DNA from: Amoebophrya sp. A120
Taxonomy: Eukaryota; Protista; Dinoflagellata
Length of the DNA stretch: 64,000 bases
Reading direction: 5' to 3'
Assembly: GCA_905178155.1 (NCBI GenBank)
Contig: CAJINV010000011.1
Coordinates: 1,695,216-1,759,215, forward strand
Shown here: piece by piece, positions 52,182 through 64,000 of the stretch
How the letters are laid out: the number at the start of each line of letters is the position of its first letter
Position numbering within the stretch: the first letter of the stretch is position 1
Notes under the pieces: model-generated
Databases searched by the model: none
The model's input: only the letters and a program-made list of their open reading frames with translations
Told to the model about the DNA's origin: nothing
Position numbers and translations under genes: made by a program

Positions 52182-55100
52182 CTATTGATACTGTTCCGCT
52201 TTCCCAGCGACGCTAGAAACCACCGCTGCAGAGGAAGAATGATCTGCGCCTCCTTTCATCTTGGACATCATGATATTTTTGTTCCCCTTCTGGTAGTTCT
52301 GGTCGGCATGCGCATGAAAATGCTGGTTATTATTTGACAGCTCGGACGAGTTGTTCAGCGCAGCGAGGTCCACAGTCGTTGTAATCGGAGAGGCGTTGTT
52401 CATGGTGGCGGCCGAAGAAGTTGTCGTGTGGGTGACACTTCCCAATGTAGTACCTGGATTAAAAATTGTGTGGTGGTGTAAACAACTACTTACATCAAAC
52501 GACGCAGGAACAACAACAAGCCGGTAGTACATAAACTATGGTCAACCTCAACACGCTTTGCGAATTTGATGTTCTAAACTCAACCTGCTAATAAAACGGC
52601 CAGTCCGCATCGTTATTCCATCTATACCCGTGTTGTTCGCCGCCTTGAAGACAGTCGTATCTGCCTGGGCGCCACTCTTGGAAACCGATGAAACATGCGC
52701 AGGAGCTGCAGCTCCGGTAGTAGTTGTATGCCCCATGATTCCAACGGTGGTCACGATGGCTCCGCTGTGCGAGGAACCCGTGGCGTTGGAGTTCGTAGTC
52801 GCACTAGAAGTCGCAGTGAAACTTCCAGTGCTGGTCGTCCCAGAAGTAGACGTCACTCCGGTACCAGCACCAGTCGAAGTACAACCGTGGTCAGCACCGG
52901 CTCCACCGGCCGCGGCAAGAGTGGTTTGCGGATGGTGGTGCAGCTCCATGTATCCAGGAAAAAACATCCATCCCCATCAAATTTGTATTTGTCATGCAAA
53001 ATATGCATAAGATCCACTGTTTGTCATGCAAAAAATGGATGGGGATGGCTGTTTTTTCTTGGATACCATGGTAGAAGAAGGCGCAACCGTCCCATTAGCA
53101 TTCGTGATGCCAGCCGTGGTTCCTGTTCCGGTCGCGTTTGCCGTATTTGCAGTGTGCTGGTGCCAGTTGTGCTGGTGATGGGCCGCGGCTCCGTGGTGCG
53201 TTCCAGCACCTCCACTCGTCCCGTGCTGGTGGTGTTGGCCGGCAGCTCCGTGGGCAACCGCCGCGGCGGCACCGGCAGCTCCGGCAGCGGCCGCCGCGTG
53301 GGCGGCTCCGTGCGCGTGGGCGGCTTGCAGGTGGTGGGCCGGGGCGGTGGGGAAGTGGTGCGGACTGTAGTAGCCGGCCCAGTAGGACGGGTCATTGTAG
53401 TACCCGGCCCAGTACGCAGCGTCGTAAGCCATGTTAAAGTGGTCTCCCTCCGTAGCGCCGGCGTGGTCTGAGAATGTTCATGTTGATCAAGGTGTCAATA
53501 GTTTCGGATTGATGAACAGGGAAAACTAGTATTATATGAGACTATGTTGATTATATCGCATGACAAAGAGGCGAGCTCAATCAAAAAATGCAACAGAAAT
53601 ACAGATTGCCGGGGGGTAGTTCGAGTTTTCGTCTTTCTTCGGACCGCCGACGAGCGCGAGCAAATCGTTAATCGTATTCTTCTCGGGGGAGGAGGGCTGT
53701 AATAGATACGGATTTATATATGCATGACAAAGTTCTCCAACTCCAACAGTACGGAATCACACATGACAGGTTGCATTGCCAAAAAAACGCCTGGTATAGA
53801 ACTATACTCCGTGCTTGTTGCTGTGCAAGGGCGTAGACTGGTAACTCGGGACTCGCGTACTGGGACTTTCGCCGTAGCCTCGTTTTTTCGGAGTCTTCCA
53901 GAACGCGGGCTCAACTGATCATGTGGGTGGATTGAGTGGACGTTGTATAGGTTATTTTCATCATCCTCACGACCATACACAACATGCTGCACGCTTGATA
54001 CGTAGAAGTTCTTGTACTACCGAGACTCTTCACACAAGGGTGCAGACCTCTAGCTCTATGCAAGAAGTCAAAACTTCTTTCCACCGATCTCTAAATCTAA
54101 ACCTGAAGTGAAACTGAAATCAAAGACCAAACTGCATGACAAAGTTTTGGCAGCTTAAGTATAGTAGAAAACTGCCAAAACTGAAACTCCCAAAAAGGAA
54201 AAAACTATAGTACCGACGCTCTGCTGGTCGTACCACTTGGCGGCGTCCAGTGCGATCTCGACGAGCATCTTGTTATCCACATTGCAAATATAATCCCTGG
54301 ACGTCTGGAAGAATATAAAGACCGCTACCGCTTGTCATGCTGGGGTTGCATGACTCTCAAGTGGTCTGTCACATGCACACTACAACCCACGACGACCTCC
54401 AATTAATTTTCTGTGAATGCAAAAACGCGGCTATTTGTCATGCTCAATAAGCATGATCACCTCCTAGAAAGAACGCAGAAGCTTGTCATGCTAAGGCGTC
54501 ACGGTGTCCTCATGATTTTTCGCCACTCACTCAGCATCACAAGCTTATTCCAGACGTCCAGGGTGGACGATATTTGATGCACTTGATACTTGTAGGTGTC
54601 CGACGAAATATCGTGTTTGTGCTTGACCAGGTCCTGGTAGATCTTCTCAATCCCCGACAAGTTCGCCTTCGTATGCATTGCAAAACAAAGTACCTTCGCA
54701 CTTCACAACCTGTATGAATTGCATGACAAATTTCCTTGGCATGAGAAATGAAATTTGCAATGCGGGTTTAGGTTGAGAACAAGATTTGTAATGCATGACT
54801 GCGATTAGAAGTACTGGTACGACACTTTTGCACAGGATACTTCGAGATCTTCGACAGCTTCTCTTGCGCCTCCTGGTTGGCCGCTTCGGCGTCCAAGCTG
54901 TGGGCCGATATTCAAGAAAAAAACACCATCACAATCACTATTGCACGTTTTTGCAATACAAAACTTTTAGTCATGCGCAAAAATGCATCACACTCAAAAT
55001 TCAAACGGGATTTCCTTCATGTTTTTGCATTACAAGAAAAATTTATCATTCCAGACAAATTTCTGATGCAAAACCCCCTAAATGTGATTGTGATGTTGTT

Positions 55101-57339
55101 TTTTTCTTGGATAGCCGAAGTGTTCGCATCACTGGCCGCCGGGCTGCTCGTCCCCTCGGAAGAGGAGTAGCTGAACGAGCCGTCAGCCGCCGTACTCGAC
55201 GGGGTGCCCCCCTTCACCGCACCGGTACTGTGCGTCATCGTGGTGGTCGTGGAAGTCGTGTTGGCATTCGATTTCGATCCGTCCTTTGCCTTTTCATTTG
55301 GCGAACCGCCAGCATCTTCGCCCTTCTCACCGTTCTTGGCGTCCCCACCATCAGCACTGCACTGCGGAGAGTTGGAACAAGTCGTGGCTTGTTTGGCCGG
55401 CTGCTGCATAGGGACTACTGTTCCGTTCTTGCTCGAATCTTGTTTCGTCATGGTCCCGTGCGACGACTCCTTCAGGTCGCAGGCTTTGTCCTGCAGAGCA
55501 GAACTCGTCCCCTCTTCATCAAAGTCGACCAGATCGAGGACGGATGAACTGGTAGTGTTGGTAGTAGTGGCACCTCCACCTGCCGCAGCTCCGTTGTTGT
55601 TCGCCACATTATTGTACTTGCCCAACATCTATGCTGTGCAAAAGTATCGTACTCGTATAAATGCAAGTCATGCATTACAAATCTTTTTATTGAGGCAGAT
55701 CCGCATGACAAATTCCATTTCTCATGCTAAGGAAATTTGTATTGCATTTTTTTTTTTTTGATTGGGCCCCGCTCTGTTGACGCATATAAATTCATCACTA
55801 AAACTAGGAGGCCGGTGTGCGTTACTTAACATGTGAAGCAGTTCTACGAATTCACCTGCCTGCCGCAGCAGGTCAAACAGGGCCGACACCTTTCACACAG
55901 TTAAGCAGTGCGCGTGTATGCGTGCACTTTTCGTCTTGTTTTGATATTCTTACTATCTGCTCTTGTCCTCTGCTCCAGCACATTGCACTGCGCGTCTTGT
56001 TCTCGCTTCGCTTGCGTTTTCCCCCTCCTCCCCCGCGTGCGTATCGTATGTCCGCGCTAGCAGGCAGATCTTCGCTTTTCATAGTGTTTTCTTCTGAACT
56101 TAGTGTCTGTTAGTCTGTATCTAGTTGCTAGTCTGTGCTGTAAAACTGAAATAAAGCGAAGCGGAAATCTTAAAGAGCTTACACCTGACTTCAAATCGTG
56201 CTAGCATATTGTTTCTATTTCTCATCCCCACAACCCATGGCCAGCCTTTGCTGGAAAAAAAAAAGTTCCCTGGTGTGTTTTTTAATAGTCACAGCGGGTG
56301 GGGGGAGACCACATTGGTCTCCCCCCACACGCTGCTAGTCTGTTGTAGTATCTGCTTGGTATTTCTACATGAGCGAGGGCAATTGCGATACGTTTTACGA
56401 AGTGCTTATTTCATACGAAGGGAAGTCTGTTACTGAATTTGTATTGCAATTTATACTAGTACGATACTTTTGCAATGCATAACATCGACGAAGTTTTCGC
56501 CTTGTTGTACTGCTGCATTTTCTTGGCCATGGCGGGCGACAAGGGGGTGTCCTTCAGCGTTTTCACCTTCATCTCCCGTAAATCGTCCATCGTAGTGGCG
56601 GAGGTCACGACCTTGTTCTGATCGCCGGGTTTAGTCTTGTCCTCGTTTTTAGAAGTGCTGTCAGTATCTGTTTTTGAATCCATCCCACCAGAAGTCGTGT
56701 GTCCCACAGAAGTCCTCGCCGAAGTTTTATTACCATTCTTCTCGCCCGCAGCCTTGGCCGTCTTGCTAGATGAAGCACTGGTGGACGAGGAGTTCTTAGT
56801 CTTTTCAGAGGATGTTGCCTTCGGGGAAGATTCACCTGTGTCTATTTTCTTTATTTTTGCAATCATGAATTGCGGCGCAACCTGTAAGTGTGAAGACTCA
56901 TTCTACATTCACTGGGCGAGACGCGATAACTAGAACAAAGAACCAATTTACTGTCTGACTTTTGCTCGCTTAAAAGACGTCGCTACACGACTGTTCTTGA
57001 AGCATCTTCTTCTAGCTTAGTACCTTGAGCGGTAGATGAGTGCACTCCAGAAGCAGCTCCACCCTTGCGACCTTCCCCACGACTGGAAGTTTTGTTCATC
57101 ATGCTCGCGGCCCCCTCCGATAACTGCCGGTCTTTTTGGTAGTAAAAGTACCAAAACGCGACCGCCGGACAGAGAATCCGGATCGCCCACAACACGAGCG
57201 AAGCAAAGTCCAAATCCAGTACCTCATCCATCGTGGTCGGAGCCGGCGCGGGAGGTTCTTGCGTGCTGTTCATGGTCAGTAGGTTAGCAGCAGATGCGCT
57301 AGCACCGACAACACCGGGGGCTGCTGCAGATGATGACAT
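52182..57339 (-). CDS. Unknown protein with N-terminal TM segment, short helical (PPR-like?) core and H/A/T-rich tail; 5 introners plus canonical introns
   Basis: Exons join in frame: SSMLGKY, TSAHSLD, ISKANLSG, TYKMLVEIAL, STMELHH; GT-AG introns between 52.4 and 54.2 kb. Confidence 0.65.
52951..53065. mobile_element. Introner 27 (smallest, 115 bp)
   Basis: TIR tatccaggaaaaaacatccatccccatc / gatggggatggctgttttttcttggata; TSD CCATG. Confidence 0.9.
54274..54588. mobile_element. Introner 28
   Basis: Subterminal inverted ccctggacgtctggaa; TSD CTTGT. Confidence 0.88.
54672..54839. mobile_element. Introner 29 (family B)
   Basis: TSD CTTCG. Confidence 0.88.
54909..55113. mobile_element. Introner 30
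   Basis: 30-bp TIR tattcaagaaaaaaacaccatcacaatcac; TSD GCCGA. Confidence 0.9.
55630..56481. mobile_element. Introner 31 (family B) expanded by a nested retroposon
   Basis: TSD ACATC; both TIRs intact; removal gives SSMLGKY. Confidence 0.9.
55747..56435 (-). mobile_element. Nested 689-bp poly(A)-tailed retroposed insertion (SINE or LINE 3' end)
   Basis: T13 tract at 55747-55759; 13-bp TSD AATTTGTATTGCA (55734-55746, 56436-56448). Confidence 0.85.
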
Positions 57340-57418
57340 CGCGCTGGTTGTCGTGGTTGAGCTTCTTGTTCGCCGTGTACGTGTTCTCGGTTCTGCGTAC
57401 TATTTCTAGAAGTTGTAC

Positions 57419-57629
57419 TATCACAGGAAAAAAGTGTTACAGTTACACATTCGTTGGAGTTTCTGCATCACAAAGTTGCTCGACATGGCTAAGAAAACCT
57501 GTGATGCGCAGACTGTAAGGGAAAACAGGAATGAAACGAGGCTGGCAAGCATAATCTGCATGGCAGAGGTTGTCTGTCTTGCTTGTCTCCCATCAGAGTG
57601 TGTAACTGTAACACTTTTTTCTCACGATA
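57419..57629. mobile_element. Introner-type element 32, upstream of the ATG (probable 5' UTR)
   Basis: TIR ...gaaaaaagtgttacagttacaca; TSD TGTAC. Confidence 0.88.
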
Positions 57630-59462
57630 TGTACTTGTACGGGGAGGAAAGGGAAACAACTTTCCGTTCGAGGTTGACGTTGAGCAGGGATAAGGACTTA
57701 TCGTCTTTATCCTCACAGTTGTGCTCCGTCCGGTTCTTTAATACCGATGCTTGATTTATTCTTACTCGTGGCCGCAAAGCACTATTCTCTGTAGCCCTCG
57801 CTTCTATCTTGTGAAGAAGAGACGCGACTTCGAACGACGAGACAAGAACTGCTACTTCGGGGCACAACCACGAAGCGCTCGTCCCGGATAATGTTAATGT
57901 CGGTAGATGAAGGCGGTGTGGTTTCGCTGTGATGTTTCAGCCATTCATTATACACGCATCTCGTAGATGAAGAAGTTGTAGGACATAAGACGGCCTTGAG
58001 CCTCCGCACGTCGGAGTATGATTTCGTGTTCGTTGTCACTTCCGCCGGAACAAAGGTCCGCTTGCGACGTTTCCGTTCGCGATCGCGTTCGGTTTGCTAA
58101 CAACAAAGAAAACAAAATCTAAATCCGTCCGCGCTGGTATTATCCACGTACAACTTGAACTTGCTTGTGCTTCACTCCAACACCAGCAGTAGTTGCAAGG
58201 AATACTAAAACAAGCTATGCTACACTATGGTACAGATGGTGAAAGAAGTTTTTTGCAAGAAGACAATGAAAGAAAACAAAAAAAATCGCAAAATGTAAGT
58301 CGTGCAGCACCAGCACTTGCACTTCTTGTAATTGCATGCAAATTTCTACTTATAGGTGCAAAAATTGTTGTTTTCCTACTAACTTCTGAGGAGACATCAA
58401 ATTATGCCAACATTTTTGCCTCTAAACGAGCCAAAAGTTCATATCCAAGAAACGGATCAATGGAAATGGGACCACGGCCGCGGCCTTCTCGATATTATCG
58501 AGATAGCAAAAGTGGCAAAGTGAAATTGGTGTTCTTGTTGGGAAAGGAAGCTGGCGTAGTGAATGAACTTTGGGATCTGTTATCTCTTCACAAGAAGATC
58601 GTGGTGGATCTAGAGCGACAGAAACTCTTTGATCATCAACGGCACGGAAGGCTGGCGACAGAATGATCGGGCATAACCGTAGATGTAGTTGCGCTTCGAA
58701 GAGCAGTTGAAACCAGCACGCGCAGATGAACAAGAGAGAACAAACCTGTATCGGATTGTGGACCCATGAAGAGCAGCACGTGCGATGATCTTCATTATCC
58801 AAAGCGCGATGGCAACTGCTCTGCCTTGGAACCAACGACGCGTGATGTCGATGTGTTGAGCGAAACTTGTGTAAAGGGAAAGCAGCATAGCACCCGGACC
58901 GCGGTGGAAAAAAGCGAACACATAAGTACTGTGAGGGAGTTCGAAGCATCTTCAATCTTGTTGAGCGTGGTGTTGCTCTAGCACTAGTAGCTCCTGTTCC
59001 TCTTTCTCATATCCTACTCTATTCACGTCCTCACCAGCTCGTATACTACATTCGAAACCGCGGACATCAGGTACCCATGTCTACACCACGTCACGGTCGC
59101 GGTTTCCAAGTATATAAACACAGCTTCAGTCGTGGTTTCGAAATGCTGCTGCAAGCACATGGTAGTAGAAATATTACGGTATGTGTGTTTGGCTTTTTGC
59201 TGGAAATGGAATTTCGATCTGCATGGAAGAGGATCTTTTCTTACTGGGTTCGAGAACGCACTTACGAATACCATAGTGGTCCTGGAAGAAATTATATGAA
59301 TAAGCAAAAGGGCATGCTGCCCACCACGAGGGGCTTGTTTGACAGTGTTTTTGTATAACTACACGATGACGAAGGAAGCTTGGTACTTATCGCAACAAGG
59401 GATGAACGGGGGCAATTCTCCAGACCATGAAATCATGCAAAAGAGAAACAAGGCACGGAAAA

Positions 59463-61898
59463 TTACATCTTTTTCTTGACAACAGCGCCATCATCTTCCA
59501 CTAGGGGCGAGCCCTCCTTCGCTTCTCTCCCGGCGCGCGTCACCTTGGCTGTGCCTCGCCCGAACTGCAAAATAAACGAGAACAAATAATCCTCAAAGAA
59601 TCGTCTTCCGCGGAGTGTCAGCGAGACCAAAAGTCGTTTTTCCCTTTGCTTTTCCTGGGCTAGAACCGACGGCCAGCCGGATTCATCCTCGAAGTCCTGG
59701 TCGGATGGGTTTGGTATTGATCTTATTGAGCTGTGATGGTCGTGGCCTTCAAAACGGGTCTTGCTTTCTCCACCTTGTTGTTCTGCCGAGAAAGTATGCG
59801 CAGCGAGACCGGGAACACCAGGAACGCCTTCACCATCCTTCCCTAATGCAGGCTGCGCTACAGTTCCTGGTGGCGTGATGTTGATGTTCGAAGCTCGAGG
59901 ATTGGAAAAATTATATCCGGCTGTCATACCTCGAGACGAGGTCCTAGTCCTTCTGGCGACGGTATAATTTGCAGGTCGTAATGGTGAATTTCGTGCAGGA
60001 GAAAACGCCTCGTCGTTGGTATTGTTCCCAGCATCACTTACCGTAGAATTTTGATTTTCCTTTGAAGCGGTGCGGATGCAGTATTCTCGTCCCTGTATGC
60101 TTTGCGCAAACATCAAGGCCAAGGCAGTGTACACCAGCAGATGCCACAGCCAGTGCCCCCAAAGCAGCAGATCCAGCTCGTAGGAGGATGAGGAGGTTGG
60201 CGCTGCTGGGGACATGGCCGACGACGTAAAAGTTGCTTGATTTGAATCTTCCGTACTTCGACTTCCACCCCCACTTGCAAACCAGGAGCTTAATGAAGCC
60301 AACACTGACAGTGTGGTTGTGTTCTCACCAGGAGCAGCAGCTGCAGCTACTGGGGATTCTAGTGCCGGCGCTCCCGATTCTTCATCACTTTTCCCTCCTC
60401 CGCCGAACCACCGGCCCGTCCACAGCGAATAATCGCCTCTGCAGAGCCAGAACTCAGGTTCCCAGAAAAGCCTACCCGCGAGCCCGAGAATCCACAGGAG
60501 GCGTTCCAACCCACGGCTCGGCGCGGCGGCACAGGCCACCAGGAGGATGATAGCGTGGAATATTTGGCAGGTGAAGAAAAATGTGAAAAACGCATGCCAC
60601 CCCGTGTACACGTAGAACACGTGGCAACCGGCGACGGCGAGCTGATGTGATATTTTTTTGGAAAATTATCATCTACTTTTTTACCGACTGGTAGTGCTAA
60701 AAATTTCTGCACTTTTTGTTGGATACAAGCGCAAGCCTCTGACCATGAGTGCTGGCGGCGTACGCGTAGTTAGTCTGAAGATTTTGCAAGCAAAAATCCG
60801 CACTAGAAATTGTACCGGCACCCACTTGTAGGCCAGCTGCCGGGACACCGGTCCCCGGTACAGGGGACTGTAGTCCAGCAGCGACGCTTGCAGCGCCAGA
60901 AGCGTGAGTGACATGCCCAGCTCGTCCAGCATCTCGGCCCAAAACTGCTGCGTCGCGTGGAACAGCAGAGACCCGGTGGCCATCCCGATGTAACAGCACC
61001 AGGTGAGCTGGCAGAGCAGATACGCCGTGCTATCCTCGCTGATAGAACGGAACAAAGCCGTTTTGTCTCGAGCTGGAACTGGACGTCGGCTTGCCTTTGC
61101 GAGTGATTCGTGATGCCCATCATGAACATGATTTTCATCCCGTGTGGAGCTGCTTATCCTGCTTGACGGACTCTTGTGCGGGAAAATAACTCCTTCGCTC
61201 TGCCTCTGCGAGAGCAGCTCCAGCATGGACTCCGATACGACCCGGCGCTCACTTAGCGGACAGAGAAGCGGGGAGGAACACGGCGACGGCGCTTTGGTCG
61301 AGGGCGTGCTGACCTGCTCCGTCGGGCTGCAGTCATCTTCTGACGCCTTTGTTACTTCGGGTTCGGCAGGAAGTGATGTTTTTGATAGTGTTGGTTCTGG
61401 AACTGGAGCAGAAGTCGAAACAACAGGTAGTACCAATTTTTGCGTGCTTGTTCCGTTTGCTTCGTTAAAAGCCACGCTCTGTGCGCGGGTTGTCCCGTCA
61501 TACCCGTATCGTACTCCAAGAACTTTTTTGCTCGAAATAAACGCGAAGACGCTAGCGAAAAAACCGGACTTTAGGTTGGACTGTGGTGGAGTCCGCACAG
61601 TGTCTGGTGTTGAAGTAGGTGATGTAGTGCGATGCTCTTTCTCACCACCTCCCGGCACGAGAACGAACCTCCCGGCCCCGGCGAGCCCCGCGGTGTAGGC
61701 CATGCCCACCAAACCGAGGAGTATTGGCCAGAGATTCGTCAGCGCGTTCCAAAACTCCGCAATATACGGTGACCGCTCGTACGCCGGCTCGCAGAAATGC
61801 ACGTTGCTGTTCCGGGGGCCCCAGAAGGGCTGTAACGATGAAGTGGCTGAGGACATTGGCGAATTTGTAGCAGTCGCGTCTGCTGGACCAGGAGACAT
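59463..61898 (-). CDS. Alkaline ceramidase (CREST family) with low-complexity insertions
   Basis: FWGPRNSNVHFCEPAYERSPYIAEFWNALTN, GSLLFHAT...EMLDELGM, HWLWHLL; GT-AG intron 60642-60815. Confidence 0.88.
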
Positions 61899-62932
61899 TA
61901 ATTATGTCGCACCACACCGAATAGGATTCTATCTAATGTGAACGGGAGAAGAAAGGCCACGTCAACAGAGTTTGAATTTATACGCGGCACAGATAAAAAC
62001 GATTACTCTTGGAGCAAGAGGGGATGTGAGTACTACGCGAGGCACAAAAACGAAGATACTACAGAATATCAAAATTTCTGTTTAACTACAAGAAAATGAT
62101 TGATACAACACTCACAATGGGGATTCGGTGGATTGGGGTATAATACTAGCTGAGTTTGATCCGTAGGCACGTAGCAAGGGCCCTGCTTTTTCGACGATCA
62201 CGATGATCAAGCGCGAGATAATTGAAGGAAGTCGAGAAACATAAGATGACCTGGCATTACGAGATCTATCAGGTGGTGCTTCCACACAGTGCGCCTACTC
62301 GGCTATTTATGCTTGACACACATCGCATGGTCACACTCACAACAAAACAAAAACCGACAGCAGGAGACAAGGCATAGTGGCCGCATTCTATTTTGTCACG
62401 CTCTCGGAACGGAAACTTTCTTCGAACACTGGAAATGACATTGGATTCACGCAAAGGTCGCGAAGCGCGTCGAAAAAAGCTCCACTGCCAACTGTCACCT
62501 TCCGTTCTTTGAGCGATATGCGCGCGAATACCAATATTGAAATTCTGTGTTTTATCATTTCACAACTATACTACTTGAGCATTAAATGCCATTTACTGTA
62601 AAAGCGTCTTCTTGAATGTCAATGTCAATTCTCAGAAAACATAAACAAAAACATAACCAAAGTTGCTGTATGCGTTAGATAAGAGTGCTTCTGTGCTGTG
62701 ACTCTGTGTGCGACTTCGGCTACTGCCTTTGCAGCTTCAGACGTTTCATACGATAGTGTGAGTAAAATTCAACATCATTCTGAACGATGCAGAAGAGGAA
62801 GATGTAGAAGTACTTAATCGTCACGATTTTTATGTTGCCTCACTTTTTATCAAGAATTCGCACAGAGACCGAAGATCCGGAGCGCGGAACCAAATCGAAG
62901 CGGAACACGTGGAAGATGACGTGCACGAGCTA

Positions 62933-64000
62933 CTAGACATGGCCCCAATTGTCAGATCCGCCTAAGAAGTTCTGCTGTTGTGCCCCAGCAGGTTGGTATT
63001 GCGCTCGGATGGTCTTGATCGCGTCGATTCGCGACCGCTCTAGTTGTCGCATCCGCGGTTCCGGCAGCTTCAACGTCTCGCAGAGGATATCTCGCGACAA
63101 ATTGGTTCTCGCGTGCGTCGCCACGGAATCATACCCGCAAAAGGCTCGAAAAGACGGCCGTCGCGCCACTTCGGTCTGGAGCAGCAGCTGTTCCCAATTT
63201 TTTACCTCGGCGTCCTCAGGGTACTGGTTCTCGGCTGCCCGGGGTGGCAGCTTCAAGGCAAGCACTTGAAAATTCCGCTCTGTTGCGGCCCCGTGGTCGT
63301 CTCGCTTGTCGCGAAAATGCCGTGTCACTCCCAGCGTCGGGTAGATTTCCTCTGGGGCGTGCGCCCCTGCGAGTTCCAGATCCTCTGCAGCCCGGTAGGG
63401 GACCGTGTTGCGGAAATCGAGCGGGGATAGTCCGCCGTCGAACAGAGCGCCAATCGCCTTTCGTTGAAAGCCCTGCAGTAGCGTACTGCGGTACCCGGCG
63501 TTCATGATCTCGTGCGGGGCGAAACTGAATCTGTACCACCTCGCAGCGTCTTGTGGGTCCAGAACACGGAATACATGGATCGCACCGCTACCTCCCGTCG
63601 CGCGGGGGCCTTGGTTCTGCTGTTGCTGCGCTTCTTCGTCTCCACTATCCAGCGCAAATATGTCTGGGTCTGGAAGAGTGCAAGTTTGGCATGCACGTTT
63701 TGCATGAGAAGTAGCCATGAAGTCTCTCATGTCTGCCCAAGCATCACAGATTTTCTCAGGGCTTCTCGGTGCCGATCCCGCATGACAAATGCCCTGTCCG
63801 CGTACTTGGACTCCTTTTGCTGCTCATGCAATACAAATTTTTTTTAGCAATACAAATTTTTTTTAGAACCCAAATTTGGATTCCAAACGCAGCGTCACAA
63901 ACTCCACCTTTCCAGACCCAGAGCATATTTGCAATGCATATCCACCTCCACTGGACAAGTAGACCCAAGCCTCACTGCAGTTGCTGGAGAAGAGCGCGCC
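62933..64000 (-). CDS. 3' part of an unknown protein gene (5' truncated); 1 introner
   Basis: GALFSSNCSEAWVYLSSGGG joins DEEAQQQQ in frame after element removal. Confidence 0.7.
63646..63940. mobile_element. Introner 33 (C-type TIR)
   Basis: TSD TCCAC; internal tandem duplication of gcaatacaaatttttttt. Confidence 0.9.

Noticed and set aside
3186-63847. Numerous + strand ORFs of 60-280 aa in the ORF track
   Set aside because: They are antisense shadows of GC-rich - strand exons or translations of introners (recurring SNVKMSGSGR and YPVQKYRTR peptides), not independent genes.

Overview
Eukaryotic genomic DNA, most consistent with a syndinian dinoflagellate parasite such as Amoebophrya (inference from gene architecture). 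After the 3' end of one + strand gene and a ~2.3 kb AT-rich convergent strand-switch region, about 12 protein-coding genes run co-oriented on the - strand: TM9SF/EMP70-like, ataxin-2-like, zeta-crystallin-type quinone reductase, SCAPER, a secreted coiled-coil protein, M14 carboxypeptidase, LARP4-like, MATE transporter, alkaline ceramidase and several unknowns. The dominant feature is a set of 33 MITE-like elements (115-315 bp, plus two enlarged by nested insertions). They have TAT...ATA-type terminal inverted repeats, 5-bp target-site duplications (TSDs) and a shared internal GCAT(G/T/C)ACAA motif. 32 of them interrupt coding sequence, and in each case removing the element plus one TSD copy restores the reading frame, so they behave as non-canonical, orientation-independent introns (introners). 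They coexist with ordinary GT-AG introns. Two introners carry nested retroposed insertions, and a decayed GC-rich DIRS-like retroelement lies at ~31.5-33.8 kb. All coordinates and joins were worked out by hand; no database search was run.
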